DNA from: Bugula neritina
Taxonomy: Eukaryota > Animalia > Bryozoa
Reading direction: 5' to 3'
DNA: 64,000 nucleotides
Assembly: GCA_964035545.1 (NCBI GenBank)
Contig: OZ037766.1
Location: 12,452,722-12,516,721 of the forward strand
Part shown: positions 13,240 through 36,019 of the stretch, piece after piece
How the letters are laid out: each line of letters begins with the position of its first letter
Numbering within the stretch: position 1 is the first letter of the stretch
Translations under genes and position numbers: made by a program
The notes under the pieces: model-generated
What the model saw: the letters and a program-made list of their open reading frames with translations, nothing else
Databases searched by the model: none
Told to the model about the DNA's origin: nothing

Positions 13240-14571
13240 TTACATATAATAAAAAGAAAACGAGTGCGAGGGAATACAACTCACAAAAACTATTACAGTA
13301 AACAACAAAAATAATAGGAAGGGCAATTCACAATCATTACGCTATTTACTACACTAAGCTTAGTTATAATTACAATATTTGAGGCATTAGAAAGCTACGC
13401 AAGGAGCTTAGCTATAATTACAGCATTTACAGTATTTACAAAGTTACGCTAAGTCCATTATAATAGTGACGCGATATAATTACTAGAGCGTTAAAATCCA
13501 TTACAATACTATTACAATTCTATCTCACAATTGTAACTATTGACTCATAGCTATACAGCACATAGATATATAATAGTTGAAATTTAAGGTAGGGAATAGT
13601 CCAGCAAAACTCGTTGACTGATGAAGTTGCAAGGAGTAAGATCAACATAAACAACTGCAAGTGTGAGTGTGATACTCATACTCATACTGAGTTTGATACT
13701 GATAGCTGGTTTAACTTTATTTTAACTTTAAGTTTATTATACTCACACTGTGACTGAGCCGCATTCGTAATTCGTCACACTTCTACACATTACCGGGATA
13801 CCGACAGTCGTAGAGCTTAGTGGTCATTACAATTAACATTATACTTATAGGAAAACTAAATGAAAAGTTAAAGTAATCATGTTATTTGTTATAATGATTA
13901 AATACTAGCATTGTCATTGTGATTTTTATCGTTGCGATGCCAATGATTAGTGCTATAAAGATATAATTAATTATTATTGATATTATTCGTATCACTATCA
14001 GTATCTACTTTTGGCATCTTGATCTTTTGTCAGTGATCAGTAACTATCATTGTATAAGGGCAAAGTTTAAATATTCTGACTAAAACCGAACCAAAAGACG
14101 ACCAAGCCTCATTTCTAGAGAATAAGAGTATACCTAGAGTTAGTCAGATTTAGTATAGGACGTTTCCAAAAGTAACTTACTCACCTAAAGCTTAACTCTG
14201 AGCCAGCAGTGACAGTAAACGGTATTTTAAGTTGCCAGTCGTACTACAAGTACATTTGTTTCAGTTTGTGGTTAGACTTGGCATAAACGTATTTAATCTC
14301 CAACAGTCACAGTGAGACGTAGTGGAACATAATTTAACAAGTAAATTTAGTTGTTCAGCTGATCTTCACTTGAATTGATCCTGACTACCATTCGTTGACT
14401 CATAGCCTCTTGAGTTGTTACCGAGAATATTACTATTAGAATAAATATATATAGGATCGGCACCAGGATTTTAATTTGACAATAGAGACTAGTCTTAATA
14501 TCAAATTGAGATTCGTAGTTTTCTCTGGCATATAATTACTCAATGATTGAGCAACTACTAGAATCTACAGA

Positions 14572-24496
<9,925 letters not shown>

Positions 24497-27400
24497 TTCC
24501 TGGGAAAATAGTAATAATTTTTTATGATATTCTTTAAAAATTATTAATATTTCATGGTTTAGGCTAGTGGTGGCTAGATTTGCTAGTCTGAGGGTTCTAG
24601 AATTGCTAATTCTGGTATTATACAATCGATACAATAGATTTAACTTTGTGTGCTGTTTTGTCTATTAGCTGCCAATTTACTTCTTAATTGGAATTATTTA
24701 TTTCCACCAGTTAGCAGTTTATCTATACAATATCCATACTTATGATTTTGATTTTTTAGGGGTTTCTATGAATGTTCATGTACATAATATATTTGTGCAC
24801 TTTAGAGCTCTAGGATGTGACTGCTTCAAGTGTTGAATTTGTGCCAATATAATCTCAGATTTTAGCAATATTCAATGGTTTTGTAATAGATTATACATCC
24901 ACAACTAGAGCAACATTATATACATCCACAATTGTACTCTTTGCATTTATTGTGCTGCTTTTTACTAAATGAGTACTACAACTAGTGACCCAATGCAATG
25001 TCAAATGTCAACATAGTTACTGAACTGTGATTTACCAATTAACTTTCATATTGCAGTATCCAATACTTTATTAAATTCATTTTTCATCACCTGAAACTTG
25101 ACTTTTTTGTTATAATCGGTTTTGGTAACTTTTCGACATTTAATAGAGAAATTTTAAGACGCAAAAAACAATTTTTTTGGTATTTGGTAGTTTACTATTA
25201 TACCTATAGGAAACGTTTCTATGCATGATGAAACTCAATAAAAGGATAAATCTCAACATTTATGTTAATGCTGTGTTACACTCTTTAGCATTTAGTTACA
25301 ATCAAAACTTTCAGAAAATCTTGAACCAAGTGTAAACTATCATGCTCTAATATAGTTCAAACCAGCAGAAGTGCTATAGTTATTTAGAGCATATTTATTG
25401 TGTTTGCACAGTAAGAAAGTCTTTGGGCGTAAATTCTAAATAGACAAATTAGAATGCTGTTGTAGTTGTAGGAAGTGATAACTTTGAAGGCAGGTGAATC
25501 TCTTTTTACTTAACAGCACCAGCATAAAACTCTCGCAAGTTTATAGTCGGCATCCCTGCGAGAAACCCCCAATGGAAGGAGTTTTTGTTACTCCGGGCTA
25601 AGGACTCATTCATATGGGACACACTAGCATCATGGAACAAAATAAGTTTTATGTCTGATAAACTGATTAAGAAGTATTATATATCTGCATGTGTCTTTTG
25701 CCTTCAATAGATTGTGTAAAAGATTTTAAGTTGAATTTTGTAATGCAAACCACCAACATAATATTGGAAAAATATTCTTTCAATGTTGAGTAATTTGGTT
25801 TTGTTTTAGTGCTTTGAGAAAATGTATAAGAACAACTTAAAATGTCTAGTTTTAAAATTTGAAGATTAGTTTCATTAGGTTGTGATTTAAACCATCAATA
25901 CAATGTGACAGTTTGATTGCTTACATATACCTGCTGCATTCTATTGTGAGCTACATTTAAAAAAGTAATTATGATTTATGAGTTGAGGTAAATTTCCGAT
26001 TTTAGTTAAATACCAATAATAGCTGATAGTAATAAATGTAGTGTATTTATTATGCAATTTTTATTTTAGTTTGATTTGTAAACCAAAACGAGCTTGTGTG
26101 ATAAACCAAATACTCAAAAATAAACTAAAAAGGCTGCAACAATTTGAATAATAAATAACTTGCTTATGCAAAATGCTATAACATTTCATTAATGAATGCA
26201 ATACTATGCAGATATACATGAAACCCTCTTTCCTTGTTTTGAGTTATGTTAATTTACATTTCAATTTTATATATTTATGTAATTTAATTATTTTTATAGT
26301 TTCAATCATATCTGTAATTTTACAACACAATGTATTTTTTATTCTTAAATTATTATTTTTGTACACAATTGGAACTACTCTATAGCTTAGTGCAAACACG
26401 CCACATAACTTCATTGCCTTATATAACCCAGTATGATGTTTATTGAAGATAACAGGTTGTGGGCACATCAAACAAAGGCCCAAATACAGGTTACACCCAA
26501 CGTTTCAATCTCTTTGAAAAGAGGAGATATCGCATGTGGGTAAAGCCAGATGCAGGGAAATCTTGGAGAGAAATAATTTTCAACAAAGAGGAAATAATGG
26601 TGTATTGGCCCATGGTACTGTACCTGCACTATGTGTTACAAAACATGCAGTGTGTTTTAATTATGATCATCAAACCCACTCTCGAAATTTTCATAAACTG
26701 AAAATTACCCATGCATTTTCCGTGCTTTAACACTAATTTTTAATATGCATTTTTTATTATATGTTTCTTGTTATGCTTGTCAGTTGCAACATCTTAGTAA
26801 AATTGCTCCATTAATTAAATATCGAAAGTTATTAGTTTTATTCATCAGTGAATATTATGGACCAAGTAATATATGCAGCTCTGTTGTTACTATGCACCAG
26901 ATTCATTATTGAAAATGCATGTCTAGCACAAGCATATTTATCAACTATGTACTGGCAAAACTTTAGGCTACTTCAGAGTAAATATGCTCAAATTATAAAT
27001 ACTCCAGTATAACTTTCCTAATATAATTTATCATATTTCATAAATATTAAAATAAATTTAGACATAATATTCTCATGGAAATTTTTATATATAGCAATTG
27101 CTTACTGTAAACTGTTAATTTCTTGCTGACATATTTAGTTATTGCTTTTAGGGCTGGGTTACATTTTTTGAATTGCAATAAAAATAGAATATATATAACA
27201 TATTGCTAGTAAATTTATATGTTGTTAATGCTATGGGTGTAGGGAAAGAACTGCATGCTTGCAAAGAGTGTTGTTGTGCCCCAAAATCGTCACATATGTC
27301 ATTGCACCCTATGAATCACAGGCATTTTTGATTTATTCTGTTTCAAAACTTGAAGTTTTCATTGCAAATATTATAGTCAATTATCATAATTATTATATAA

Positions 27401-30400
27401 TCAATCAGTTAGCCACGCATGCATGCCGAACTAGTATTGTCAACAAACATCCAAAACTCATTGCAATTCATTTCTAATTGTTATCAATTATTTACATACA
27501 TTAAAAAAATTATTATTTTTTATGTCAACTATATTTAACTGAGGCTGGATTGCAAGCAGATTTTTATCAAAATTTGTATATAAATGCCAGTTAAGCTAAA
27601 ATATTCCAGTCAAAATTTTTAATGTGTGCACTACATAGTTATGTGGAAATCTGATTTTGTTTCATGGTAAATAATTTATTTAATATTGATATAGGAAAAA
27701 TAAAAAGCATAAACAATAAGCGAAAACAATTTCATAGTGTGCAAACAGATAAAAACAATGTATAAACAGCAAGGAACTCCTGTAGCCTATAGGTGCTAGG
27801 AAGTGCATTATCAACACTAGTTAGTTTAAGGTAAGCATCTCTCTAAGATATTGCCTATCCTGGTTTAGCAATGTACCATAATTTATTGAGTAGTAATTAC
27901 CTGCTAATGTGTGCAGAGGACACTATAGAGCAAGGTAAATACAAACTCTAGCATGAAGTACCCACTACCTATTACTTATAACTATTTCAATTGTTTAGCA
28001 AGCAATAAGCTTCCTAGCTTAGCAAACCGGTTTCAGAATAATTTGCAACAATAATGCAATACAAAATGGTTTCCTAGTGAAATGCCAATAAGAACTTAAC
28101 TGGTGAATAATTTTTAGAACGGAACAAACAAGCTTATCTTTAATAATATGAAGAAAGGTGTGTATATAGTCTGTAATGCAGTCACGAGTGTTACAACAGC
28201 TTATAATAGCTACATATCATAGGATACCCGTGACTGTTTGGAGGATAATGAATAACCTGAAGAGTTATTCATTATCCTACATATATCATAGCAAACCTAT
28301 ATCCTATATGCATATACCGTGGGCTTAAGGACCAATTTTTTAAGCAATAAAGCCATTATTCATCTTCATGCCTTTGTATATGCTTATGCAATCAGTTTGA
28401 TGATAAGTTGCATACCTTGCATTTGCTAATTAAATAATTAGCACTTTGTTTAAAGTTGTAAATTGTTTTTTAGAGGAAAATATGTCATCCAACAGTAAAT
28501 AAGTATGTCCGTTATGTGCACTTTCCAAGACCTTAGCTTAGAGAAATTGATCTGAAGATGTAAATAATCAGTTGGGTAATCAGTCTCTGGCATAATCTGA
28601 TACTTCAACTGTTTGATTCCTTAAACACTCGTGGCAACAACTTGACTTGTTACAAATAACTGTAAAAGGTTCATTGTAACAAAATTTATACCTTGATAAC
28701 AAGGCAATGCAAGGGGAACTTTTCACAAGTTGTTTGTGCATGAAAAGTTTTACCGTCAAAATATCTATGGTTTAGTCTCTTTAATGTGTGTCAGAAGAGG
28801 TCAGCTTAAGCTACCAGTTCATGATTTCCTATCATAAGGCTACAAAACTACAGTCACTAAGGATAAGGTTAGACTATGAATTAAGGGGTAGAGGTGTGCT
28901 GCTTTGAATCATAAAAGTAACAAAATTTCACAACAAAATATTAAAAGCTCTCATTTAACCCTGTCTAGCAACCATTCTTTTTAACTTATGTCTAATTATT
29001 TTCTAAATTTACATTTGGTAAATTTTAGCAGAAAATGTGAGTTTTGCTCAAGTGTGATATGATGCCCTGTGCACTCTAATTACTTTATTGCTGAAAATTA
29101 AACTAAACTTCTTGTCGAAGATATGGAAAAAGTTTAGCATGTTTCATATTTGTAAAGCAAAATATTAAAAAGGTGATTTGAACTCCTTGCATGACCGGAA
29201 TGATGTTATTCGAAATTTTTTTCTTTTATGACATTACAAGATGCCTGGCACCTTTCAAACTGCTTTTGCCTAGATAAGGAGTAGTGGTGACCGCCAAGGT
29301 CACGAAATCTTGTGTAAACAAAAGTATCTCGACCAAATAAAAAGTGACATACATTTTACTTAATCAAAATTAACACATGTATATAATATAAGGCAAATGT
29401 GACATTAACTTGTCCTTCAATTGGATCAGGAGTTAGCTTTTCCTGCTACCTCTAATAATAGAACTATTTTATAGATTACATGCGCATTAAATTGCACATT
29501 TTTTGAAGTTGTGACAAAATATGCTTTAATAATCTTATAAAACCTATGATTACGTATTATGAAATACAATAATCACTGCTTGAATGAGACTCTTATGCTA
29601 CGTTAATTGGTGTTTGTGGAGCCACCACCCAAGATAAAGCGCAAGTTTAAACATTACCAAAAATATGCCTTAATTATTGCTAACTTTTATTATATTAATT
29701 TGAAAATTACTATAATACCACATGCCATTCAATTACTATTCACACAATCTCCCAGAACTTGATTAATGACAAGTCAAGATTGTCCAGGATAAGTTAAAAA
29801 TAGCAATCACAACTACTAGACTTGGCATGGAATCAAGTAGGTATAAGTTTCCTATATAACATCCCTTATATAACCAACATAAAGATAAAAGGAACTCTAG
29901 CTCCTGTCTCTCTATGTCTTGGAGAAGTAATCTTGTCAAAATTATCAAACCTCTGCTCCTATTTAGACATTTTGTATAGTTGAGGTTTATTTCTATGCTA
30001 AACCTTGGATCTTTTCAATTTTAGTTATAACCTGAATCATATTTGGAAAACTATACAATCATAATATTCAATATAATATATTAATAACACACCGCATATA
30101 AGTAGAAAGCAAGTGTTTATTAATTTCAATTTATATTTTGTAACTGTTATTGAAATTTTAAAATTTGATCTTGAATAAATGTGAAACAGTTATTTTTTAG
30201 ATTGAACTTAAGATATACATAAACACTAAGAAAATAATGTACTGATTTACTATAGTTATGACCAGACTAAAGTTGTACAAACTTAGTAGGTGATAGTTTG
30301 GTTAGCATGAATATATTAATCAGGGCATGTAGTGCATTGAACTAAGATGCTACACTATCACCCTACTCAAGTGCTATACCTGATGCTGAAATCATAACAT

Positions 30401-31953
30401 TTTCGTTTAAGAACCTTTGATAGGATGTCCTATGACACCCTGTCATGTTACGTAACTATGGGAGGGTGTTGCATAGCTATGAGTCAGCTTAAACCAGTTT
30501 AGCTACAGTATCATTATGGATGCTCAGCAACACCTGCCTATGTTTATATTTATAAATTCTTTAAATATCTTTACAAATACCAAATGATAAAAGTGGGTTT
30601 TTCATGTGATCCCTTAAAGATAGAGAAAGATAGTGTCCGATTTTTAGGAAAATAAATATACAGGCAGAGTATAATAACATAAGGTTATTATTTTGCAAAC
30701 GTAAGCAAGTACCCTTGGTGTAGGGGTTAGAGCATTAGCTTAGTAAACACAAAGTCATGGGGACAAACTTCAACTAGTAAAGGTTAAAATTGCTCCTGTG
30801 CCACCTATGAATAAGTCCTTGGCAACTTGAAAGAACCCCTTCCATCAGGGGTTCTGGCATGGATAGTGACTATAAAGTTACAGAAGTTTTATTATATTGC
30901 AAACATAATTGCAATGATAGATTAAAAGCTTTTAGGCTGATTGGCATTGTGTGTAAAAATACAAGTGTAAACTTAAAAACATGCATCTATACAAAACTAC
31001 CATATGTGATAAATGTTTTGCATTGCATTGTGTTTGCCTATAAAAATGCAGTTCTGACTTTCTGCAGATCATGTTAGTATGCTAATCATTATGTCCTGGC
31101 ATCTCAGTAGCATTTAATGCAGCCATTTGATATCTCTGAGAGACAACAGCTATAATTGTAACTGCCAGTTATCTTGACTTGTAACAATGGCTAATGTCTG
31201 CTTCTGTGGAAAACAATTAAGGGCGTTACCTACATAATCAAATGATAGACCACAAAACTAGTGTTTACTCTATTAAAGGAATGCTGCCACAAATATCAAA
31301 GCTATAGATTTCACAAAGAAACCACATACAGATTATTTTATGTTTTTTGCAAGTTTACTTTTCCTAATGTGGTTGGCAGAGAATGATATTACTGGGTAAG
31401 TAACAATAATATTCTGACAGTTGAGTAGCAGCCCCTGTATTTTAGTTATTTTACAACTACACAACTACTTCATGGTGCCCAATGAAGCCCAGACCGAGAG
31501 CTGAGTGACACTATACCCTCTTTAGGCTGGTGATAAATTAAACAACACATTATACACATGCCATAAGCGAAGCTATGCTATTGCCAAAACTTCAGCTAGA
31601 TCACATTTTAAAGTATGCTGCTTAAGCACCAAATACGAAATTGCAAAAAATATCAACAGGTATAGGTTGCTTCTAAGTTCTTTTATTAAAAACTTAGTCA
31701 AAAGTCTGACGAAAGATGTTTTCAAAGTAGTGGCAATTAATATTTAGAATTAATGATTCAATATAGATTAATTGTTGCACTATTTTTATATAAATGCAAT
31801 TATAAAGGAACTAAATGTGGTCTCGTGGTTTATGTCAATATAAAAAATCCTATAATTTCATTTTTAAATATAAATTAAAACTTAAATAGATTAAATGGGC
31901 AAAAGTGGAGTCATTATACAATTTTTTATCTGACAGGTTCCCGTTTCTCCAAA

Positions 31954-32465
31954 TAAATGTTAGCTTTAAAACCTGGTTTAATTTTGTTTGAAATCAGGTG
32001 AGAGAGACTAGAAGTTAAAAATAAATGGCTAAAAATATAATGATTCAGCAGAATTTATTATAGACAGAATTATCAGTGAATATTCCATAGTGCAATATTC
32101 TCAAGTATCTTACAAAGTCACAAGACTAGCTTGTGACTGTGCGATTTAGTAGTTTATTAAGATATGAAAAAATTTGTAATTACATTTTTAAACATAAAAA
32201 CTTGACTAAATTAAATGTGCAATAGTTCAGTTATTTTAAGTTTTCATGTCAGATAAGTTTCCAGTCTACTAGGTAAATGTTAGCTTTAAAACCAATTTCA
32301 ATTTAATCGAAAACCAGGTGAGGGAAAGAGAGTAGAAGTTGAAAATAAATGGCTAAAAATAGAATGATTCAGCAGAATTTATTATAGATAGAATTATCAG
32401 CATATTCCATGGTGCAATGTTCTCAAGTACCATACCGGATGCCTTATAAAAATTCACAAGACTAG
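31954..32465. repeat. Diverged direct repeat, ~180 bp x2
   Basis: TAAATGTTAGCTTTAAAACC...AATGATTCAGCAGAATTTATTATAGA...TTCTCAAGTA...TCACAAGACTAG at ~31954-32129 and ~32274-32465. Confidence 0.85.
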
Positions 32466-33102
32466 TTTTTCATCTTTTATCTCTTGAGTCACATTTTAAA
32501 CTTAGCAATAAATCTGCTAATTTTACATGCAGGTTTGTTAATTTATTATTCTGGTACATGTTACAAGACTAAGTGTGATATAGCCCATGGTTAAGGACAA
32601 TATGATAATTTTCTTTATTTGCTATGTAGGTGTGGGATCTGCACATCACAACATAAGTGCACTTATAATCATAGCCCTAAACCTTTTGAAAACTATCTAA
32701 AGTTGAAGCTAAATATTTACTTTGACAAAGACAACTACCTACGATGATGAGGCATTAGAGGATGCTTAGCCAAGAATCTTGTAAAGGAAACGAGGCTCTA
32801 TAAGTAGACAGCCCACATGTTGACAAGCGGAATAATGTTTGTCAACTTGTTTTTGCCAACGTAGTACTATAAGGCCATGTGTTGTGCACCAATATAAAAT
32901 AAAGCAAACCGTTATGGGTAAACCACAAAGCCAGCTGAAGTCAAGCTGTAAAGATAAATGAGAGAGCTAACAAAAGTTTTTATTTTTAGATAAACCTCAG
33001 AAATAAATAGCTACTTTTGGAAACAAAGGACAGTTATAGTAAGAAGTTGAACATACTTGTCAGTCTTATATAATAGAACTAGATACGTGCTAAAGGATCA
33101 TC

Positions 33103-36019
33103 ATGTATTTAAAAACATATCAAAGCAAAATCGGAATAGAAATCAGTTCATCTTTCAAGGTAAGCTTAATCTTTTCACTGTAAGATAGAGTGTAAGACTA
33201 AGTCATTAGATGTATTAAAGAAGTAATTAGATTTTGTTTAATCATACCTATTAATTTATACATATAGTAATGTTTTATAGTGTTTTAACAGTTATGAGAA
33301 AGAGTATAAATGACTGTACTTGTAGTGTGTAGTATATTCTTCAGTAATAGTAAAAGTCTAATAGTACATGTAAATTAAAATAAGCAGTTTTGAGAAGCTT
33401 TTTGTGTTGTATTAAAAATATGTTAATATGTTAATCTATAATTGATATTATTCTAAGCAAGCTTAGATCAAGTTGCTAAGAATTATTGGATGTTTTGTAG
33501 ATCTTAGCCGTAATATTCAGTTTTCAACTAATTCTCACAGAAGCCAGAAGTCTTAATAATAAAATTATGAGCAATAGTCATAGAGACATGATTAAACCAG
33601 CATGTAACAGTTTTCTATGCAAAACATCCAGGTGAGTAGCTAACCTAACTACTTAATGTAACGCAGTTAATGAATTATTTGTTTGCAACACTTGCTAAAA
33701 AATTATTAAAAGTAAAAAATTCAATTTTGCTTTTAAATTGAGTTGATTTACTATTTTAACTCATTTACAATCATTTGTAGCCACTAAAAAGAAACTGATG
33801 TCTTTTACGCTTTTTCGTTGCACAACTGAAAAATATTATTATTAATATGCATGTATTTCTCTTTTTACATAATATGATAATAACTTCTCGAATTTATATT
33901 AATGTTTCTTAAGCCCAGTCCTTGCATTGAAACAGCAAACATAATATAATAGTGCTTTATATATTATTTAAATGCTCAATGCAAATTGCCAGCAAATAAG
34001 CAAAGGCCATATTATATTTAAGTTTAATCCATTTGTTCTACATGTTCTACACATTGAGTGCAAATAAAGTCTTTGGTGCTGGGCTGGCTAAAGTTATCTC
34101 AGTTTCACCATTAATTCCTTAAACCAAGTGTCATCTTGTTTGCAGTATCAGAAATCCTTAAATTAAACTGATTAGAGATCTGTTACATTTGTTACAGTAG
34201 TTATGATGGCTAAAATCTACACATGTTTAGCTCTGTGGGCATATGAACATGTTTGGTAGAGAAGGAAAGTTAAAAATTCACACTTTTACAAAACTAAAAT
34301 AAGAAAATTTTCTATGTTTTGTTTTCAGTCACAGGCAATAAATTTGATTGAAAAATGTGTATAATGTGCTAAGCCAAATTGCATAAATTACTGTTATTAG
34401 AATTTTATTTTAAACCTAATGTTTACCAGTTTTATTGGATAACTACATTAAATTAGATGACAGATTTAAAAGACTTGTCTAATAAAAGTTTTGCAAACTA
34501 TTATTGGGCAAACAATTACTTTGCTTACATTTCTAGGGATTCTACATTTACTCATAGCAATGTTTTTGTTCTATAATTATTTACTTGCATCAAATGTGTT
34601 CTAGTTAAGCTCCTCAAATTGCTGTAAGCCTTTTCAATTTTTAAACCAAGTTTAGTGCTAAAGGTGACACTAAAAAAGTTTTCAGTAACTGAGTTCAATT
34701 AATTGCCGATTTAAGATCATATACTTGTAAACCGAGTTTAGCTGAAAGTGATGCAGAACTGCAGCTTTTCCAATACTGCTGTTGCAGCTAAAATGTATAG
34801 CATGAAAAGTAGTATGCGCCATAAGAAATATGACCCAATCTAAGCAAGAATCTACATCACGGCCCCTAAAGTTGTACTGGGATTTATTGAGTTATCTTTC
34901 AAACCGTGTAGCCGCCTAAAAGCGGAGGCGTTAGTTGGGTATTAACATGTTATCATCAAGTTTAAATATTATATTTGACGTCAAAAACCACAATTGAGAT
35001 ACTGAAAAAGAAAAACCTGAAAAGTTTTAAAGTTGCTATCAAAAGTTAAGGAAAAGAGATAACAGTTGTTGACAAGTTTAAAATTAGAATTTTTATGAGC
35101 TTTCAAATGTTATATCGGAAATATCTCTTTCATGTACAGCATTATTATCAATCCTTTATAATTCCACCCACATGGCAAACATAAGTAATTAATTTATCTT
35201 AAAATAATATCAGATTATTTATGTTATACGAGTGCCTTTTTTAATAGAAACAAAATGCAATTTATACTAATAACTAGGTTTTTGATAGCAAAATATAAAA
35301 CCCATTATATGTATTTTACAGATCTTATAAGGCAAAAGCAAAGGATATGTTGAAACCAGTAACTGAAGAACATATTTTAAGTAGAAAGAAAAGAACTGAT
35401 GCAGATGTAAAGATAGCAGAGTACATAGCCTGGATGGCAATGAATGGTCACTCTCACTCTAATTGTAGAGATATAGCTTGTGGTCTCATAGATGTCATTG
35501 ATGTTGACCAAGAGTAAGTATCTTATAAAGTCTAAAAATATGGAATATTATGATTAAATATTTTTTTCTAGACATTCATTTTTAAAAAGCAGTGGGTGTG
35601 CTATGATTACATGAAAGTAATAATTGACTGATGTGAAGTAATAAATGACACAATATTATAGTACAGTAATCTTACAATTTTTCTGGCTATTTACTACCCA
35701 CAAAATATTCCTTTTGTCTTCAATGGTCATGAGCATTGATCAGCCAGTATTAGTTTTATCATAATAACACTGAAGTAGGCATTCTTTGATTTAAGACTAA
35801 GCACTGGCTCACACTTTTTTGTTATCAGCTAGGAGCCATTCTTTAGTGTAAATGTGTTTTTTCTTATATTGGTGAAGCTGTCATGTTGCAACAACCACGC
35901 AGCCACAGCAAAACATTGTAGGCGACACTTTTTGTTGAATTTTCAGCTCAAGGGGAAAGAGGTCAACGGCTAACACAGATCCCACGTTGCAATTGGTTCA
36001 AGGCCACTCCTGGAGCTAA
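33103..36019 (+). CDS. Neuropeptide precursor, 150 aa; putative invertebrate parathyroid-hormone-like (iPTH/PXXXamide-type) amidated peptide; 4 coding exons
   Basis: Exons 33103-33159, 33501-33631, 35322-35513, 35947-36019 with donors GTAAGC, GTGAGT and GTAAGT and matching phases 0, 2, 2. Protein: MYLKTYQSKIGIEISSSFKILAVIFSFQLILTEA/RSLNNKIMSNSHRDMIKPACNSFLCKTSRSYKAKAKDMLKPVTEEHILS-RKKR-TDADVKIAEYIAWMAMNGHSHSNCRDIACGLIDVIDVDQDSR-GKR-STANTDPTLQLVQGHSWS. Precursor architecture is seen directly; the family call is from recalled motif similarity. Confidence 0.82.

Noticed and set aside
13104-13240. Active hammerhead reading of the GC hairpin (CTAATGA...GAAAC...GTC)
   Set aside because: The core is CUAAUGA (G5A, inactivating) and stem I pairs poorly; GAAAC/GTC may simply be one mismatch in the inverted repeat.
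25520-25620. Twister-ribozyme/SINE-like motif on the minus strand (GTCCTTAGCCCGG)
   Set aside because: Only faint resemblance; required pseudoknot elements not found.
26244-26730. Short overlapping ORFs as a gene
   Set aside because: No recognisable domain and no consistent exon chain.
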